Shown here: positions 39,563 to 49,500 of the stretch, one piece after another
Numbering within the stretch: position 1 is the stretch's first letter
Layout: the number at the start of each line of letters is the position of its first letter
DNA from: an uncultured candidate division Zixibacteria bacterium
Lineage (GTDB): Bacteria; Zixibacteria; MSB-5A5; GN15; FEB-12
DNA length: 64,000 nt
Assembly (NCBI GenBank): GCA_963664195.1
Contig: OY760907.1
Location: forward strand, 2,912,001 to 2,976,000
Direction: 5' to 3'
Made by a program: the position numbers and the translations under genes
The notes under the pieces: model-generated
Seen by the model: only the letters and a program-made list of their open reading frames with translations
Told to the model about the DNA's origin: nothing
Databases searched by the model: none

Positions 39563-40140
39563 CCTGGATGACCTATTTCGAAGTCAGAGACCGGCTTGAG
39601 AACCTCACGGAGTTCCGCAAACTGTACGTTGAGTACATCGGCTTCACTAATAGAGAGGGGAACGTTCCGGCCCAGATGGTGCGGCATAAGATGGAGCCGC
39701 TGGTGCCGATGGCTGTGGATTCCCTGCGTCGTATTGGCCTTGGTGGTATGGTCACGCGTGATGCGCCGGTCCGGGGAGGCAAGAAGATTCGGGTTAACAT
39801 CATCAAGGCGATTTTCCGGGATCATGTCGTCAGGCAGTTTTCACTCGATGACGATACGCCACTCAAAGCGCTTGATTTAGCTATCGTCAAGTACCAGAAA
39901 CAGCTCTGGGTGCAGAAACTCCAGTTGTTCAATCCTCTTTTCTGGTTCTTTCAGTTTGTGTCATTTGCAGCGCAGTTACCCATTCTCATCTGCAAGCGGG
40001 CAGGGATCGACACCGAGGAGGCCGAGGAATCAGTGCTGGTTCGGCTCTATCTCGTTGCCGTTCAAGTGATAGCCTTCTATCTGCTGGCTGAATGGAGTGG
40101 CTTGATCGACTGGATATGGATTGACATTCTAAACCGGTAG
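39559..40140 (+). CDS. Hypothetical protein with C-terminal TM helices
   Basis: 193-aa ORF translationally coupled (ATGA) to the hydrolase; family not recognised. Confidence 0.65.
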   Translation: MTWMTYFEVRDRLENLTEFRKLYVEYIGFTNREGNVPAQMVRHKMEPLVPMAVDSLRRIGLGGMVTRDAPVRGGKKIRVNIIKAIFRDHVVRQFSLDDDTPLKALDLAIVKYQKQLWVQKLQLFNPLFWFFQFVSFAAQLPILICKRAGIDTEEAEESVLVRLYLVAVQVIAFYLLAEWSGLIDWIWIDILNR

Positions 40141-40148
40141 GGTATATT
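40121..40148 (+). promoter_or_regulatory. sigma70-type promoter upstream of gatB
   Basis: TTGACA-N16-TATATT. Confidence 0.55.
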
Positions 40149-40227
40149 CTGCCTTTGAACTGCCGTTTCAGTACGTCCGCTCGCAGGTCGTCTGTCGGCG
40201 AAACAGGGACAAGGCAGGAAACGGATT

Positions 40228-41676
40228 TTGGTCAGCTACAACGGTTTTGAGCCGGTTATCGGGCTTGAAGTTCACGCGCAATTACAGACCGAAAGCAAAA
40301 TCTTCTGCGGCTGCAGAGTGGCTTATGGTGCGCCCCCGAACAGTCTCACCTGTCCGGTCTGCCTTGGACTGCCTGGCGCTCTTCCCGTTCTAAATCAGAC
40401 AGCCGTGGACAAAGCGGTCTCGGCCATTCTTGCCGTCGGCGGTGAAGTCCGCGAGCGGTCCGTATTTGCCCGCAAGAACTACTTCTATCCGGACCTTCCC
40501 AAAGGCTACCAGATTTCGCAGTATGACCTGCCAATCGGCAAAGGCGGGCAGGTTTCGTTTCGCCTGCAATCGGGCGAGGAAAAATCCTGCCGGTTGAACC
40601 GCATTCATCTCGAAGAAGATGCCGGCAAGTCATTGCACTCACAGGGCGACGAAGCGCACACGCGGGTTGATCTAAACCGATGCGGCACACCGCTGATCGA
40701 AATCGTTACCGAACCGGATATCCGAACGCCCGAAGAAGCCCGCGCCTGCCTTCAGAAACTTAAGCAGATTCTCCAGTATCTGGAGGTCTGTGCCGGCGAC
40801 ATGGAGAAGGGGCACCTTCGCTGCGACGCCAACGCCTCGGTCCGTCCTGTCGGCTCCGACAAACTCGGCACTCGAACCGAACTGAAGAATTTAAATTCAT
40901 TCAAAGGTGTGCAAAAAGCGTTGGAATATGAGGTTAATCGCCAGATTGATCTGCTTCGTAACGGAGGTAAGGTCGAGCAGGTTACTCTTCTCTGGGATGA
41001 AAACCGTCAGGTGGCCGAGCCGATGAGAACCAAAGAGGAGTCGCCCGATTATCGCTATTTCCCGGAGCCGGACCTCCCGGAACTGGTTCTTGGGAATCGA
41101 TGGATAACGGCGGCCACGAGCGCCACGCCGGAGCTTCCGGATGCAAAACAGGCGCGGTTCGTTGCTCAATACGGTGTGCGACAGTACGATGCCGAAGTGC
41201 TCTGCGACAATCGCTCGCTGGCCGACTATTTTGAACAGGTTGTCGGTGAGTCAGTCGACTCCCGTACCGCCTCGAACTGGATTCAGACCGAAGTGCTCGG
41301 CAGTCTCCGCGAACGGGGAGAGAGTATCGGCGAGTGCAAAGCAAGCCCGCTACACCTGGGCGATTTGCTCAAACTGGTCGAGTCGGGCAAAATCTCAGGC
41401 AAGATTGCCAAAACCGTTTTTGCGGAAATGATTGACACCGGCAAATCGGCAGGTGAGATTATCGACAAGCGAGGTCTGGGCCAAATCAGTGACGAGAAAT
41501 CGTTGCAGGCCGAGGTCGACCGTGTCCTTGCTGCGAATTCTGCTAATGTCGGCAAGTACAAGGCAGGGAAACCTGCGCTGATGGGGTTTTTCGTGGGCGA
41601 GATTATGAAGGCGACCGGTGGACGCGCCAACCCCTCGATTGTGAACAGACTCTTGAAGAAAGCACTGGAAGGTTAA
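40228..41676 (+). CDS. gatB: Asp/Glu-tRNA(Asn/Gln) amidotransferase subunit B
   Basis: IGLEVH.QL, RKNYFYPDLPKGYQISQ, HLEEDAGK, ELKNLNSF, DYRYFPEPDL. Confidence 0.96.
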   Translation: MVSYNGFEPVIGLEVHAQLQTESKIFCGCRVAYGAPPNSLTCPVCLGLPGALPVLNQTAVDKAVSAILAVGGEVRERSVFARKNYFYPDLPKGYQISQYDLPIGKGGQVSFRLQSGEEKSCRLNRIHLEEDAGKSLHSQGDEAHTRVDLNRCGTPLIEIVTEPDIRTPEEARACLQKLKQILQYLEVCAGDMEKGHLRCDANASVRPVGSDKLGTRTELKNLNSFKGVQKALEYEVNRQIDLLRNGGKVEQVTLLWDENRQVAEPMRTKEESPDYRYFPEPDLPELVLGNRWITAATSATPELPDAKQARFVAQYGVRQYDAEVLCDNRSLADYFEQVVGESVDSRTASNWIQTEVLGSLRERGESIGECKASPLHLGDLLKLVESGKISGKIAKTVFAEMIDTGKSAGEIIDKRGLGQISDEKSLQAEVDRVLAANSANVGKYKAGKPALMGFFVGEIMKATGGRANPSIVNRLLKKALEG

Positions 41677-41680
41677 CTCT

Positions 41681-42286
41681 ATGCCCAGACTTCCGGCCCG
41701 CGTGGCCGTCTTTCTCTCCGGTGGCGGAACCGGCTTCCAGTCGCTCGTCGACGCGACCAAAAACGGTGCGCTGTCAGCTGATATCGTCTGGGTTGTCTCC
41801 AGTTCAAAAAAGGCGTTTGGACTTGAACGTGCCGCACGCGAAGGGATTGAGTCATTCGTCTATCGCCCGAAGAAGTACTACAGCCCGGAAGCTGCCGCAG
41901 AAGACCTGATGGCACAACTCAAAGAGAAGCAGGTTGACTACATTGCTCTTTCCGGTTACCTGAAACTGTTGCCCGCAAACGTAGTAAGAGCCTTCAAAGG
42001 ACGTATCACGAACATCCACCCCGCCCTGTTGCCCAAACACGGTGGCAAAGGTATGTACGGCATCAATGTGCACCGAGCGGTACTCGACTCGGGGGATAAA
42101 GAGACCGGTCCGACGATCCACCTGGTTGATGAAATCTACGATCACGGGAAAATCCTGGCACAGGTCAGGATTCCCGTTAGCCACAACGAAACGGCCGAGG
42201 AACTCGCGGCGCGGGTTCTGGTCGAAGAACACAAACTGTATCCTGCTACTCTGGAAAAACTTATCAGAGGTGACTATGAACTCTAA
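41681..42286 (+). CDS. purN: Phosphoribosylglycinamide formyltransferase
   Basis: SGGGT, NIHPALLP, G.T.H.VD..YDHG. Confidence 0.93.
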   Translation: MPRLPARVAVFLSGGGTGFQSLVDATKNGALSADIVWVVSSSKKAFGLERAAREGIESFVYRPKKYYSPEAAAEDLMAQLKEKQVDYIALSGYLKLLPANVVRAFKGRITNIHPALLPKHGGKGMYGINVHRAVLDSGDKETGPTIHLVDEIYDHGKILAQVRIPVSHNETAEELAARVLVEEHKLYPATLEKLIRGDYEL

Positions 42287-43187
42287 CATGACCAATACGG
42301 TAATGACTACGGATATCAAAGAATATCCGCTCGTCCGTCGCGGCAAAGTACGCGACATATACGACCTCGGCGACCGACTATTGTTTATCGCCACCGACCG
42401 CATCTCGGCCTTCGATGTCGTGATGCCGAACGGTATCCCCGGCAAGGGACGAGTGCTGACTCAAACATCGCTGTTCTGGTTCGACCATCTGAAAGATGTG
42501 GTTGACAACCATCTCATCACCGCCAATATCGATGAGTACCCGGAAGACCTGCGCAAGTATCGTGACGAACTCGACGGCCGGTCGATGATCGTCGTCAAGG
42601 CTGACCGTATCGACATTGAGTGCATCGTGCGCGGCTACATTTCAGGTTCCATGTGGAAGGAACTGCTCGCGGCCCGCAAGGCCGGATCGAATATTGTGCA
42701 CGGCTTCGAGTTTGCTCCCGATTTGCGGGAATCGGAAAAGCTTCCGAAGGCGCTGTTTACGCCATCGTCCAAAAACGATGACGGTCACGACGAAAACATC
42801 AGTTACGATACGATGGTCAATCAGGTTGGCAAAGAGACCGCCGAACTGTGTCGTGATAAATCGCTCGCGGTATATAAATCAGCCGCCGACTATGCTCTGA
42901 CCAAGGGAATCATCATCGCGGACACCAAGTTTGAATTTGGATTCAGAGACGGGAAGTTCATCCTGATCGACGAGGTCCTGTCGCCGGATTCCAGCCGCTT
43001 CTGGCCGGTTGACAAATACGAAGTCGGCAAGGGGCAGCCCTCGTTTGACAAACAGCCGGTTCGCGACTATCTCAGTTCACTTGGCTGGGACAAAAAGCCA
43101 CCAGCACCGGAACTTCCGGAAGAAGCCGTTCTGGCCTCTTCCAAGCGGTATTTCGAAGCCCAGAAACTCCTGACCGGGAAAGAATAA
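42276..43187 (+). CDS. purC: SAICAR synthetase
   Basis: GKVRDIY, TDRISAFD, ECIVRGY, ADTKFEFG, PDSSRFW, DKQ; start ATG 42276 with AGAGG RBS. Confidence 0.95.
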   Translation: MNSNMTNTVMTTDIKEYPLVRRGKVRDIYDLGDRLLFIATDRISAFDVVMPNGIPGKGRVLTQTSLFWFDHLKDVVDNHLITANIDEYPEDLRKYRDELDGRSMIVVKADRIDIECIVRGYISGSMWKELLAARKAGSNIVHGFEFAPDLRESEKLPKALFTPSSKNDDGHDENISYDTMVNQVGKETAELCRDKSLAVYKSAADYALTKGIIIADTKFEFGFRDGKFILIDEVLSPDSSRFWPVDKYEVGKGQPSFDKQPVRDYLSSLGWDKKPPAPELPEEAVLASSKRYFEAQKLLTGKE

Positions 43188-43188
43188 G

Positions 43189-44778
43189 ATGACGGATGCT
43201 GGAAAGATAAGAAGAGCGCTGATATCGGTTTCTGACAAGACCGGCGTGGTCGAACTCGCCGCCGCACTTGAGAAACTCGGTGTCGAGATAATCTCCACCG
43301 GGGGAACGCTGAGAAAACTGCGCGAGGCCGACATTCACGCAATTTCGGTCCCGACTTTCACCGGCAGCCCCGAAGTAATGGACGGGCGCGTCAAAACGCT
43401 GCACCCGAAAATCCACGCCGGACTGTTGTTTCGTCGCGACAACCCCAAAGACGTCGAAGAACTGGCCGAGTTGGACTCACGGGGAATAGACCTCGTGGTG
43501 ACGAATCTGTATCCGTTCCAGGAAACGGTCGCCCGTGAAGATGCAACCCATTCAGAGATCATCGAGAACATCGATATCGGCGGTCCCTCGATGCTTCGCT
43601 CTGCCGCGAAGAACTACGCCAGCGTGACAGTGGTCGTCGATCCTTCAGACTACGGATCGTTGCTTGATCAGCTGAAGGAAAACGATGGCGCTACGACGCC
43701 TGAATTCCGCCAGCGTTGCGCCTCCAAAGTGTTCGCGCTGACTGCCGAGTATGAGGCGGCAATAGCAGCTTACTTCGCCCATGCCAGGGTACCGGAGGGA
43801 CCGAAAGAGGAGAGCGCACCGGTGTCTCCCAAAGAGCTAAACCTGACCTATGTTCACGCCTCTTCGCTGCGGTATGGCGAGAATCCTCATCAAAAAGCCT
43901 CTGTGTATGCCATGCCGGGTTTCACAAACGCGACACTTCTCAACGGTGAAATCCTTTCCGGCAAAGAGCTTTCGTACAATAACTACGGTGACCTCGACGC
44001 TTGCCTTGACATGCTGCTGGATTTCGACCAGCCGTTTGCCTGCTTGCTGAAACATGCCAATCCGTGCGGTGCCGCTATCGGGAACTCGCTGGCTGAGGCT
44101 TACGATCGCGCCTATGAAAGTGATCCGCTCTCGGCTTTTGGCTGCATTATCGGATTGAACCGCGAGGTCGATCTGGAATGTGCCGAGCTTCTCCATAAAA
44201 CGCACTTCGTCGAGTGTATGCTGGCTCCGGGATTCACGCCGGAGGCCGTCAAGCTATTGAAGAAGAAGAAAGCACGCCGGATTTTGGCGCTGCCGGAAAT
44301 CGCCAATGGCCGCCCCAAGGGCGAAGTCGTTTACAAGTTCATCAGGGGTGGACTGCTCGTACAATCGGCCGATGAACACGTGCTTGATCCTACCGAACTG
44401 AAGATCGTGACCAAACGCCAGCCAACCGAGCAGGAGATGAAAGACCTGTTGTTTGCCTGGACCGTTGTTAAGCACACCAAATCAAACGCGATTGTCCTGG
44501 CAAAAGACGGCGCCACGGTGGGTGTCGGGATGGGGCAGACCTCCCGCGTCGACTCGGGGTTTATGGCGGTCAAACGGGCCGGGGACAGGGCCAAAGGTTC
44601 AGTCATGGCCTCCGATGCTTTTTACCCGATGCCGGATGGTGTCGAAATCGGCACCGATGCCGGTGTGACGGCCATAATCCAGCCGGGTGGCTCGAAGGGC
44701 GACGAGGACGCTATTGCTGCCGCCGATAAGGCCGACGCCGCAATGGTGTTCACCGGAATACGGCACTTCAAGCATTAG
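43189..44778 (+). CDS. purH: Bifunctional AICAR transformylase/IMP cyclohydrolase
   Basis: [50 protein letters not shown]. Confidence 0.97.
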   Translation: MTDAGKIRRALISVSDKTGVVELAAALEKLGVEIISTGGTLRKLREADIHAISVPTFTGSPEVMDGRVKTLHPKIHAGLLFRRDNPKDVEELAELDSRGIDLVVTNLYPFQETVAREDATHSEIIENIDIGGPSMLRSAAKNYASVTVVVDPSDYGSLLDQLKENDGATTPEFRQRCASKVFALTAEYEAAIAAYFAHARVPEGPKEESAPVSPKELNLTYVHASSLRYGENPHQKASVYAMPGFTNATLLNGEILSGKELSYNNYGDLDACLDMLLDFDQPFACLLKHANPCGAAIGNSLAEAYDRAYESDPLSAFGCIIGLNREVDLECAELLHKTHFVECMLAPGFTPEAVKLLKKKKARRILALPEIANGRPKGEVVYKFIRGGLLVQSADEHVLDPTELKIVTKRQPTEQEMKDLLFAWTVVKHTKSNAIVLAKDGATVGVGMGQTSRVDSGFMAVKRAGDRAKGSVMASDAFYPMPDGVEIGTDAGVTAIIQPGGSKGDEDAIAAADKADAAMVFTGIRHFKH

Positions 44779-44841
44779 ACGGGCGGTGCGGCCTGAAGAT
44801 CAAGCCGTAACCTACCGATAGATAACAATATCCTCTGAGGA

Positions 44842-44872
44842 CGGGGCAGGGAGACCTGCCCCGCCTTTTTTT
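44842..44872 (+). terminator. Intrinsic terminator of the gatB-pur operon
   Basis: CGGGGCAGG-GAGA-CCTGCCCCG followed by CC and T7. Confidence 0.8.
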
Positions 44873-44922
44873 GGGATAAAGAGCACCATTGGTTCTTGAA
44901 ACCGAGATAAACAGGCCTTGAA

Positions 44923-45984
44923 ATGACTGATGATAGACCGACCAAAACCAGCCGACTTGTGATACCGATCTGCTGCCTGATCCTGATTGTCTGTCTGGGC
45001 GCCAGCGTATCCTCGCTGCCAAGACTGGCAGTGGAACACGCCGCCAATTGCGGGATCTGCCATGTCGACCCGAACGGGGGAGGTATGCGCAATGAATTTG
45101 GCAATCAATCCATCGCGCTGCAGGAGCTGTGTTTCCCACAGACAAAGAGACTGGTCGAAGACAAGGCCACCTCACCTGTAGTAAGTGAGGCGTTGCAAGT
45201 CGGATTCGACTTCAGGCATACGCTTGATGATAACGGCACGTTCACTCGTGAGCAGACCGATGCCTACGTCAGCGTTCGCCCGCTCAGGATGTTCTCCTAC
45301 CAGATTCGCGTGGACAAAGAGGGATTGTCGGAGAACTATGCCCTTCTGTGGCTGCATGGTCAGGACTATTTCATCAAGGCCGGTCGGTTTCAGCCGACAT
45401 TTGGATTGCAGAATATCGACAGCTATGCGTTCAACCGCAGGCTCACCGGGAATCGGCGGGAGATGTATCTCGACGGCCTCTCTGTTGGAGGCGAGTTCTT
45501 TGACGTGCTGAATGTCTCGGCGGAAGTATTCAACACCAATGACCGGGATGTGTTTGGTTTCCGTCTCTACGCTCCCTGGAAACTGGGACCGTTCAGCTGT
45601 ATGGCGGGGACATCGTTACGTCTGGCGAAGAAGCTGGACGGCAGCTACGGTGATTTTCCTCACGCCAAAGCCGTCTTCGGCGGACTGTCGTTTGGACCGT
45701 TCACCGCAATGGGTGAACTTGATCTGGTCGGTCAGTCCAATGATACGCTGATCACCTACGGGGCACTGACCGTCGGGATTATGCACGGTCTGTATTTGCA
45801 GGGGGAGTATGATTTCTTCGACGGTGACCGTCGCTATGCCGGGGGCGTTGATGAATTCTTCCGCGTGGGATTGGATCTGTATCCGCTCCCGTTTGTAGAA
45901 CTGAGACCGGAGTATACGCGGCACACGCGGGGATACCGTGAAAACGAGGATGATTTCCTGCTCCGGTTGCATGTAGGATACTAA
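44923..45984 (+). CDS. Cyc2-like monoheme cytochrome c-porin fusion
   Basis: Signal peptide, then 'LPRLA.....CGICHVDPNGGGMRNEFG', followed by about 300 aa of amphipathic beta strands ending in a beta-signal (LRLHVGY). Confidence 0.72.
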   Translation: MTDDRPTKTSRLVIPICCLILIVCLGASVSSLPRLAVEHAANCGICHVDPNGGGMRNEFGNQSIALQELCFPQTKRLVEDKATSPVVSEALQVGFDFRHTLDDNGTFTREQTDAYVSVRPLRMFSYQIRVDKEGLSENYALLWLHGQDYFIKAGRFQPTFGLQNIDSYAFNRRLTGNRREMYLDGLSVGGEFFDVLNVSAEVFNTNDRDVFGFRLYAPWKLGPFSCMAGTSLRLAKKLDGSYGDFPHAKAVFGGLSFGPFTAMGELDLVGQSNDTLITYGALTVGIMHGLYLQGEYDFFDGDRRYAGGVDEFFRVGLDLYPLPFVELRPEYTRHTRGYRENEDDFLLRLHVGY

Positions 45985-46027
45985 CCGGACAAGTGGTTTA
46001 GCATATGCCCGTTGCAGAGAGTGACTT

Positions 46028-46804
46028 ATGGTCAAGACCTCAAAGATATTCAAGATAGCCTTCGCGGTTGTTTGTGTGGCCGGCTGGATATACGGCTGCT
46101 CCGATTCAGGAACAGAGCCGGTTGACAACCCGACTCTGCCGACGATTGCAATTGATGACCAATCGGTAATCGAAGGCAATACCGCGCTGTTCAACGTTTC
46201 CCTGAGTGAGGCTGGCGATGAGGCCGTGGTGTTTAACTACACAACATCAGACGTGACCGCTATCGCACCGGCTGACTACATCACAGCTACCGGTACTGAC
46301 ACAATCCCGGCCGGCACGGTTGCCACGACAATCCTGGTTGCCACGATTGACGACGGCAGTGTCGAGGCTCAGGAAGTTTTCTCTATTGCGATTTCCAACA
46401 TCACGGGCGCCACGCTAACCGACAGCGAGGGGTTGGGGACGATTGTCGATAACGATGTTGCCGGAGTGAGTTTCGAGAGCGATGTCAAACCGATTTTGCA
46501 GGTTTCTTGTGCAATTGCAGTCATGTGTCACGGTGCCGGGAGCAATCCTCGAGGCGGTTTGCTGATGGATCCGCTCACTCGCAACACGCTCGTAAACGCC
46601 ACCGGTACCAACACTCGTTTCATTGTAGCAGACAGCCACGTCGTTCAGATGGGCGACAGCCGGAACAGCACGCTTTACACCAAAACAACCGACAGTCTGG
46701 TGCCATTTGGATCACGGATGCCGCCGACCGTTCAGCCCTATCTCACCAGCCAGGAACAGCAGAAAATCAAGGATTGGATCGACGAAGGAGCGCTGGACAA
46801 CTGA
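46028..46804 (+). CDS. Lipoprotein with Calx-beta domain and C-terminal atypical (CX5CH) cytochrome c domain
   Basis: Lipobox IYG-C24; Calx-beta 'IDDQSVIEG...DY...DD..VE..E.F...TIVDND'; 'VSFESDVKPIL..SCAIAVMCH...RMPP...L..E...IKDWI..GA'. Confidence 0.72.
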   Translation: MVKTSKIFKIAFAVVCVAGWIYGCSDSGTEPVDNPTLPTIAIDDQSVIEGNTALFNVSLSEAGDEAVVFNYTTSDVTAIAPADYITATGTDTIPAGTVATTILVATIDDGSVEAQEVFSIAISNITGATLTDSEGLGTIVDNDVAGVSFESDVKPILQVSCAIAVMCHGAGSNPRGGLLMDPLTRNTLVNATGTNTRFIVADSHVVQMGDSRNSTLYTKTTDSLVPFGSRMPPTVQPYLTSQEQQKIKDWIDEGALDN

Positions 46805-46983
46805 AGGCTGTTTCTGCAGCACTTTAGATCGGTGGTGGAGCGCATTGGTAGACAGTATGTTACACCGATTCCGCTTCTGGCGTTTGTGCCGTAACGGATC
46901 AGAGTACTGGTTTTCACGCGGTTATAACTTGCGCCTTTGGGCAAACCGGATTATCTTGCCCGAGGTTAACCTGAAGTTGAGGT

Positions 46984-47463
46984 ATGGTAGTGGATTCGAG
47001 AGTTCTTGAGATTGTATTTTTCCTGATGGACAGCTTTGAGGAATCCGATGACCAATGGTCAAGTGTTTCCGAGTTCTCGTCTGAATTGAAGAATCTTGGC
47101 TACACCGAAGAAGAGATTTCTACGGCTTATACCTGGGTGCTGGAGCACATGGGGACGAGCGGTGACAATCTGTATTCTGCCTTTCCCAATAAGCCCGGTG
47201 GCAGCCGAATTCTCACCGACTCCGAGCGTGCAAGGCTGTCTACCGATGCTCACGGCTTCATGCTCAAGCTGCTCAATCTCGGCCTCCTGAACAGCGAACA
47301 GTTTGAAAACATCCTCGACCGCGTGGAGTCTTTCGGCACCCGCATGATTACCGGCGAACAGGTTCGGCTGATCGCCTCGGCTGTTATGTCCAGCGAGTTT
47401 GGTGATCTGGAACGCGGGATGCTTGATGATTCCGAAATGGATCTGACCGGCCAAATCAACTGA
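46984..47463 (+). CDS. smg: Smg / DUF494 family protein
   Basis: 'LKNLGY..EEI..A..W', 'RIL...E...LS.DA.GF..KL..LGLL...QFE.I.DR'. Confidence 0.75.
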   Translation: MVVDSRVLEIVFFLMDSFEESDDQWSSVSEFSSELKNLGYTEEEISTAYTWVLEHMGTSGDNLYSAFPNKPGGSRILTDSERARLSTDAHGFMLKLLNLGLLNSEQFENILDRVESFGTRMITGEQVRLIASAVMSSEFGDLERGMLDDSEMDLTGQIN

Positions 47464-47464
47464 G

Positions 47465-48688
47465 ATGTCCTTACAGGGTAAGAAAGTTCTCGTCGGGCTG
47501 ACCGGGGGGATAGCCTGCTACAAGGTTCCGTACCTCGTGCGCGATCTGATGCGTCAGGGTGCCGAAGTGCGCGTCATGATGACGAAATCCGCCACAAAGT
47601 TTATCACTCCTCTCACGCTCGAAACCGTGTCCGGCTATCCGGTAGCGGTTGACATGTTTCCCGAAAGGGAGTTCGTCGGCACCAGACATATCGATCTGGC
47701 CAACTGGCCTGATGTGGTTGTAATCGCTCCTGCCACCGCGAATTTCTTTGGCAAGATTGCCTCCGGCGTGACAGATGATCTCCTGACAACAGTTGTTATC
47801 GCCTCGCCTGTACCTGTGATGGTGGCTCCGGCCATGAATCCCCAGATGTGGCAACACCCGACTACAAAGCGCAACGCGGCCTATTTCAGAGAGATCGGTT
47901 ACGAGGTAGTAGGACCCGCCGAGGGCGACATGGCTTGCGATCATGTAGGCATCGGGCGGATGGTCGAACCGAGAGAGATTCTGGCCGCAATCGAACGCCT
48001 GCTCGGCAAAAAAAAAAGCGTACCAACCAATCAAACGAAGGCAGTCCTGACCGGGAAGAGACTCCTGATCACCGCCGGACCCTGCCGCGAACCAATAGAC
48101 CCCGTTAGATACATCTCCAATCGATCCTCAGGCAAAATGGGTTATGCCCTTGCCGAGGCCGCGGTACAGCTTGGTGCCACAGTGACCCTTGTCTCCGGTC
48201 CCAGTCGTTTGAGTGCACCGTCAGGTGTTGATTTTGTCCCGGTTGAGACCACAGATCAAATGTACCAGGCTGTCTCTCAGCGATTTCCCGATACCCACTA
48301 CCTGATCATGGCCGCCGCGCCGGCCGATTTCGCGCCTTCCCAGGCGGCCGCCCACAAAATCAAGAAGCAACAGGCCGAAATGCAGCTCTCTTTGTCACCA
48401 ACTGTCGACATCCTCAAGGCGATGGGGGAACGCAAGAAAGACGGTCAGGTGCTGATCGGCTTCGCGCTGGAGACAGATGACGGGATTGCCAACGCCCGCA
48501 GAAAGCTCAAGGCCAAGAATCTCGACATGATCGTGCTGAACAATCCCCTCGATGCCAATTCGGCCTTCGATCACGATACCAACAAGGTCACGATTATTCA
48601 ACCTGAGGGTGACCCGGAAGAGTGGCCGCTTGATAACAAGTCCAACGTAGCGTTCAAATTGCTTGAAAAGATTGCCGGGATGGCTTAA
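47465..48688 (+). CDS. coaBC: Phosphopantothenoylcysteine decarboxylase/ligase CoaBC
   Basis: GGIACYK, APATAN, APAMN..MW, ITAGP.RE.IDPVRYISN.SSGKMG, GFALET. Confidence 0.95.
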   Translation: MSLQGKKVLVGLTGGIACYKVPYLVRDLMRQGAEVRVMMTKSATKFITPLTLETVSGYPVAVDMFPEREFVGTRHIDLANWPDVVVIAPATANFFGKIASGVTDDLLTTVVIASPVPVMVAPAMNPQMWQHPTTKRNAAYFREIGYEVVGPAEGDMACDHVGIGRMVEPREILAAIERLLGKKKSVPTNQTKAVLTGKRLLITAGPCREPIDPVRYISNRSSGKMGYALAEAAVQLGATVTLVSGPSRLSAPSGVDFVPVETTDQMYQAVSQRFPDTHYLIMAAAPADFAPSQAAAHKIKKQQAEMQLSLSPTVDILKAMGERKKDGQVLIGFALETDDGIANARRKLKAKNLDMIVLNNPLDANSAFDHDTNKVTIIQPEGDPEEWPLDNKSNVAFKLLEKIAGMA

Positions 48689-48712
48689 CTTGCACACACC
48701 GCAGGAGGTAGT

Positions 48713-49495
48713 GTGAGCAAGGAACAGCCTGATACCCTACATGAGATGTTGCGTAGTGCCGTCGCTTTCCAGGTCGAGAACGGTTTGGGGGAGATGATCG
48801 TTGCGAGCGACAGTCCTGGCAAGCAGGCAGCCGCTGACCTCTGCGCGAACATAGAAAGCTACGCCCTCGTATCGGAGACGACAGGAATGGCCACAGGACG
48901 TGAACTGCAAGATACCGCACTGCTGACGCCCGATAAAGAATACTCGTCCCTCGAAGAGCACCGCAAGGCTATCTGCACCTGCACCAACTGCTCGCTGGGA
49001 GAGACACGAATCAAATTCGTCTACGGAGCCGGCAATCCTAACGCCGACCTGATGTTTGTCGGTGAGGCTCCGGGTGCTGATGAAGATCGACAGGGGGAAC
49101 CGTTTGTCGGACGCGCCGGGCAGCTTCTGACCAAGATCATTACGGCGATGGAGTTCGAGCGGGAAGACGTTTATATCGCCAACATCCTGAAATGCCGTCC
49201 CCCGGGCAACCGCGACCCGCAACCGGATGAAATGGCACAGTGCTTTCCGTACCTTCGCCAGCAGGTCCGGCTGGTGAAACCGAAACTGATCTGCGCACTT
49301 GGTAGAATCGCCGTGCAGGCGATGCTCCAGACAACGACACCGCTCGGCCGTCTGCGCAATCAATGGCACGAATTCGAGGGCACCCCGCTTCTGGCAACCT
49401 ATCATCCGGCGGCACTGCTCCGATTCCCGAAATACAAGCACGACACATGGGCCGACATGCAACTGATCATGGCCCGCCTGAAAGAAATGAAATAA
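48713..49495 (+). CDS. Uracil-DNA glycosylase family 4 (Fe-S)
   Basis: [39 protein letters not shown]. Confidence 0.92.
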   Translation: MSKEQPDTLHEMLRSAVAFQVENGLGEMIVASDSPGKQAAADLCANIESYALVSETTGMATGRELQDTALLTPDKEYSSLEEHRKAICTCTNCSLGETRIKFVYGAGNPNADLMFVGEAPGADEDRQGEPFVGRAGQLLTKIITAMEFEREDVYIANILKCRPPGNRDPQPDEMAQCFPYLRQQVRLVKPKLICALGRIAVQAMLQTTTPLGRLRNQWHEFEGTPLLATYHPAALLRFPKYKHDTWADMQLIMARLKEMK

Positions 49496-49500
49496 CCCGT

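Noticed and set aside
42042..42275. Long N-terminal extensions in the ORF track (purC 42042, dnaB 49363, batD 3273, ALDH 57161)
   Set aside because: They overlap upstream genes or regulatory DNA; downstream ATGs match family N-termini better.
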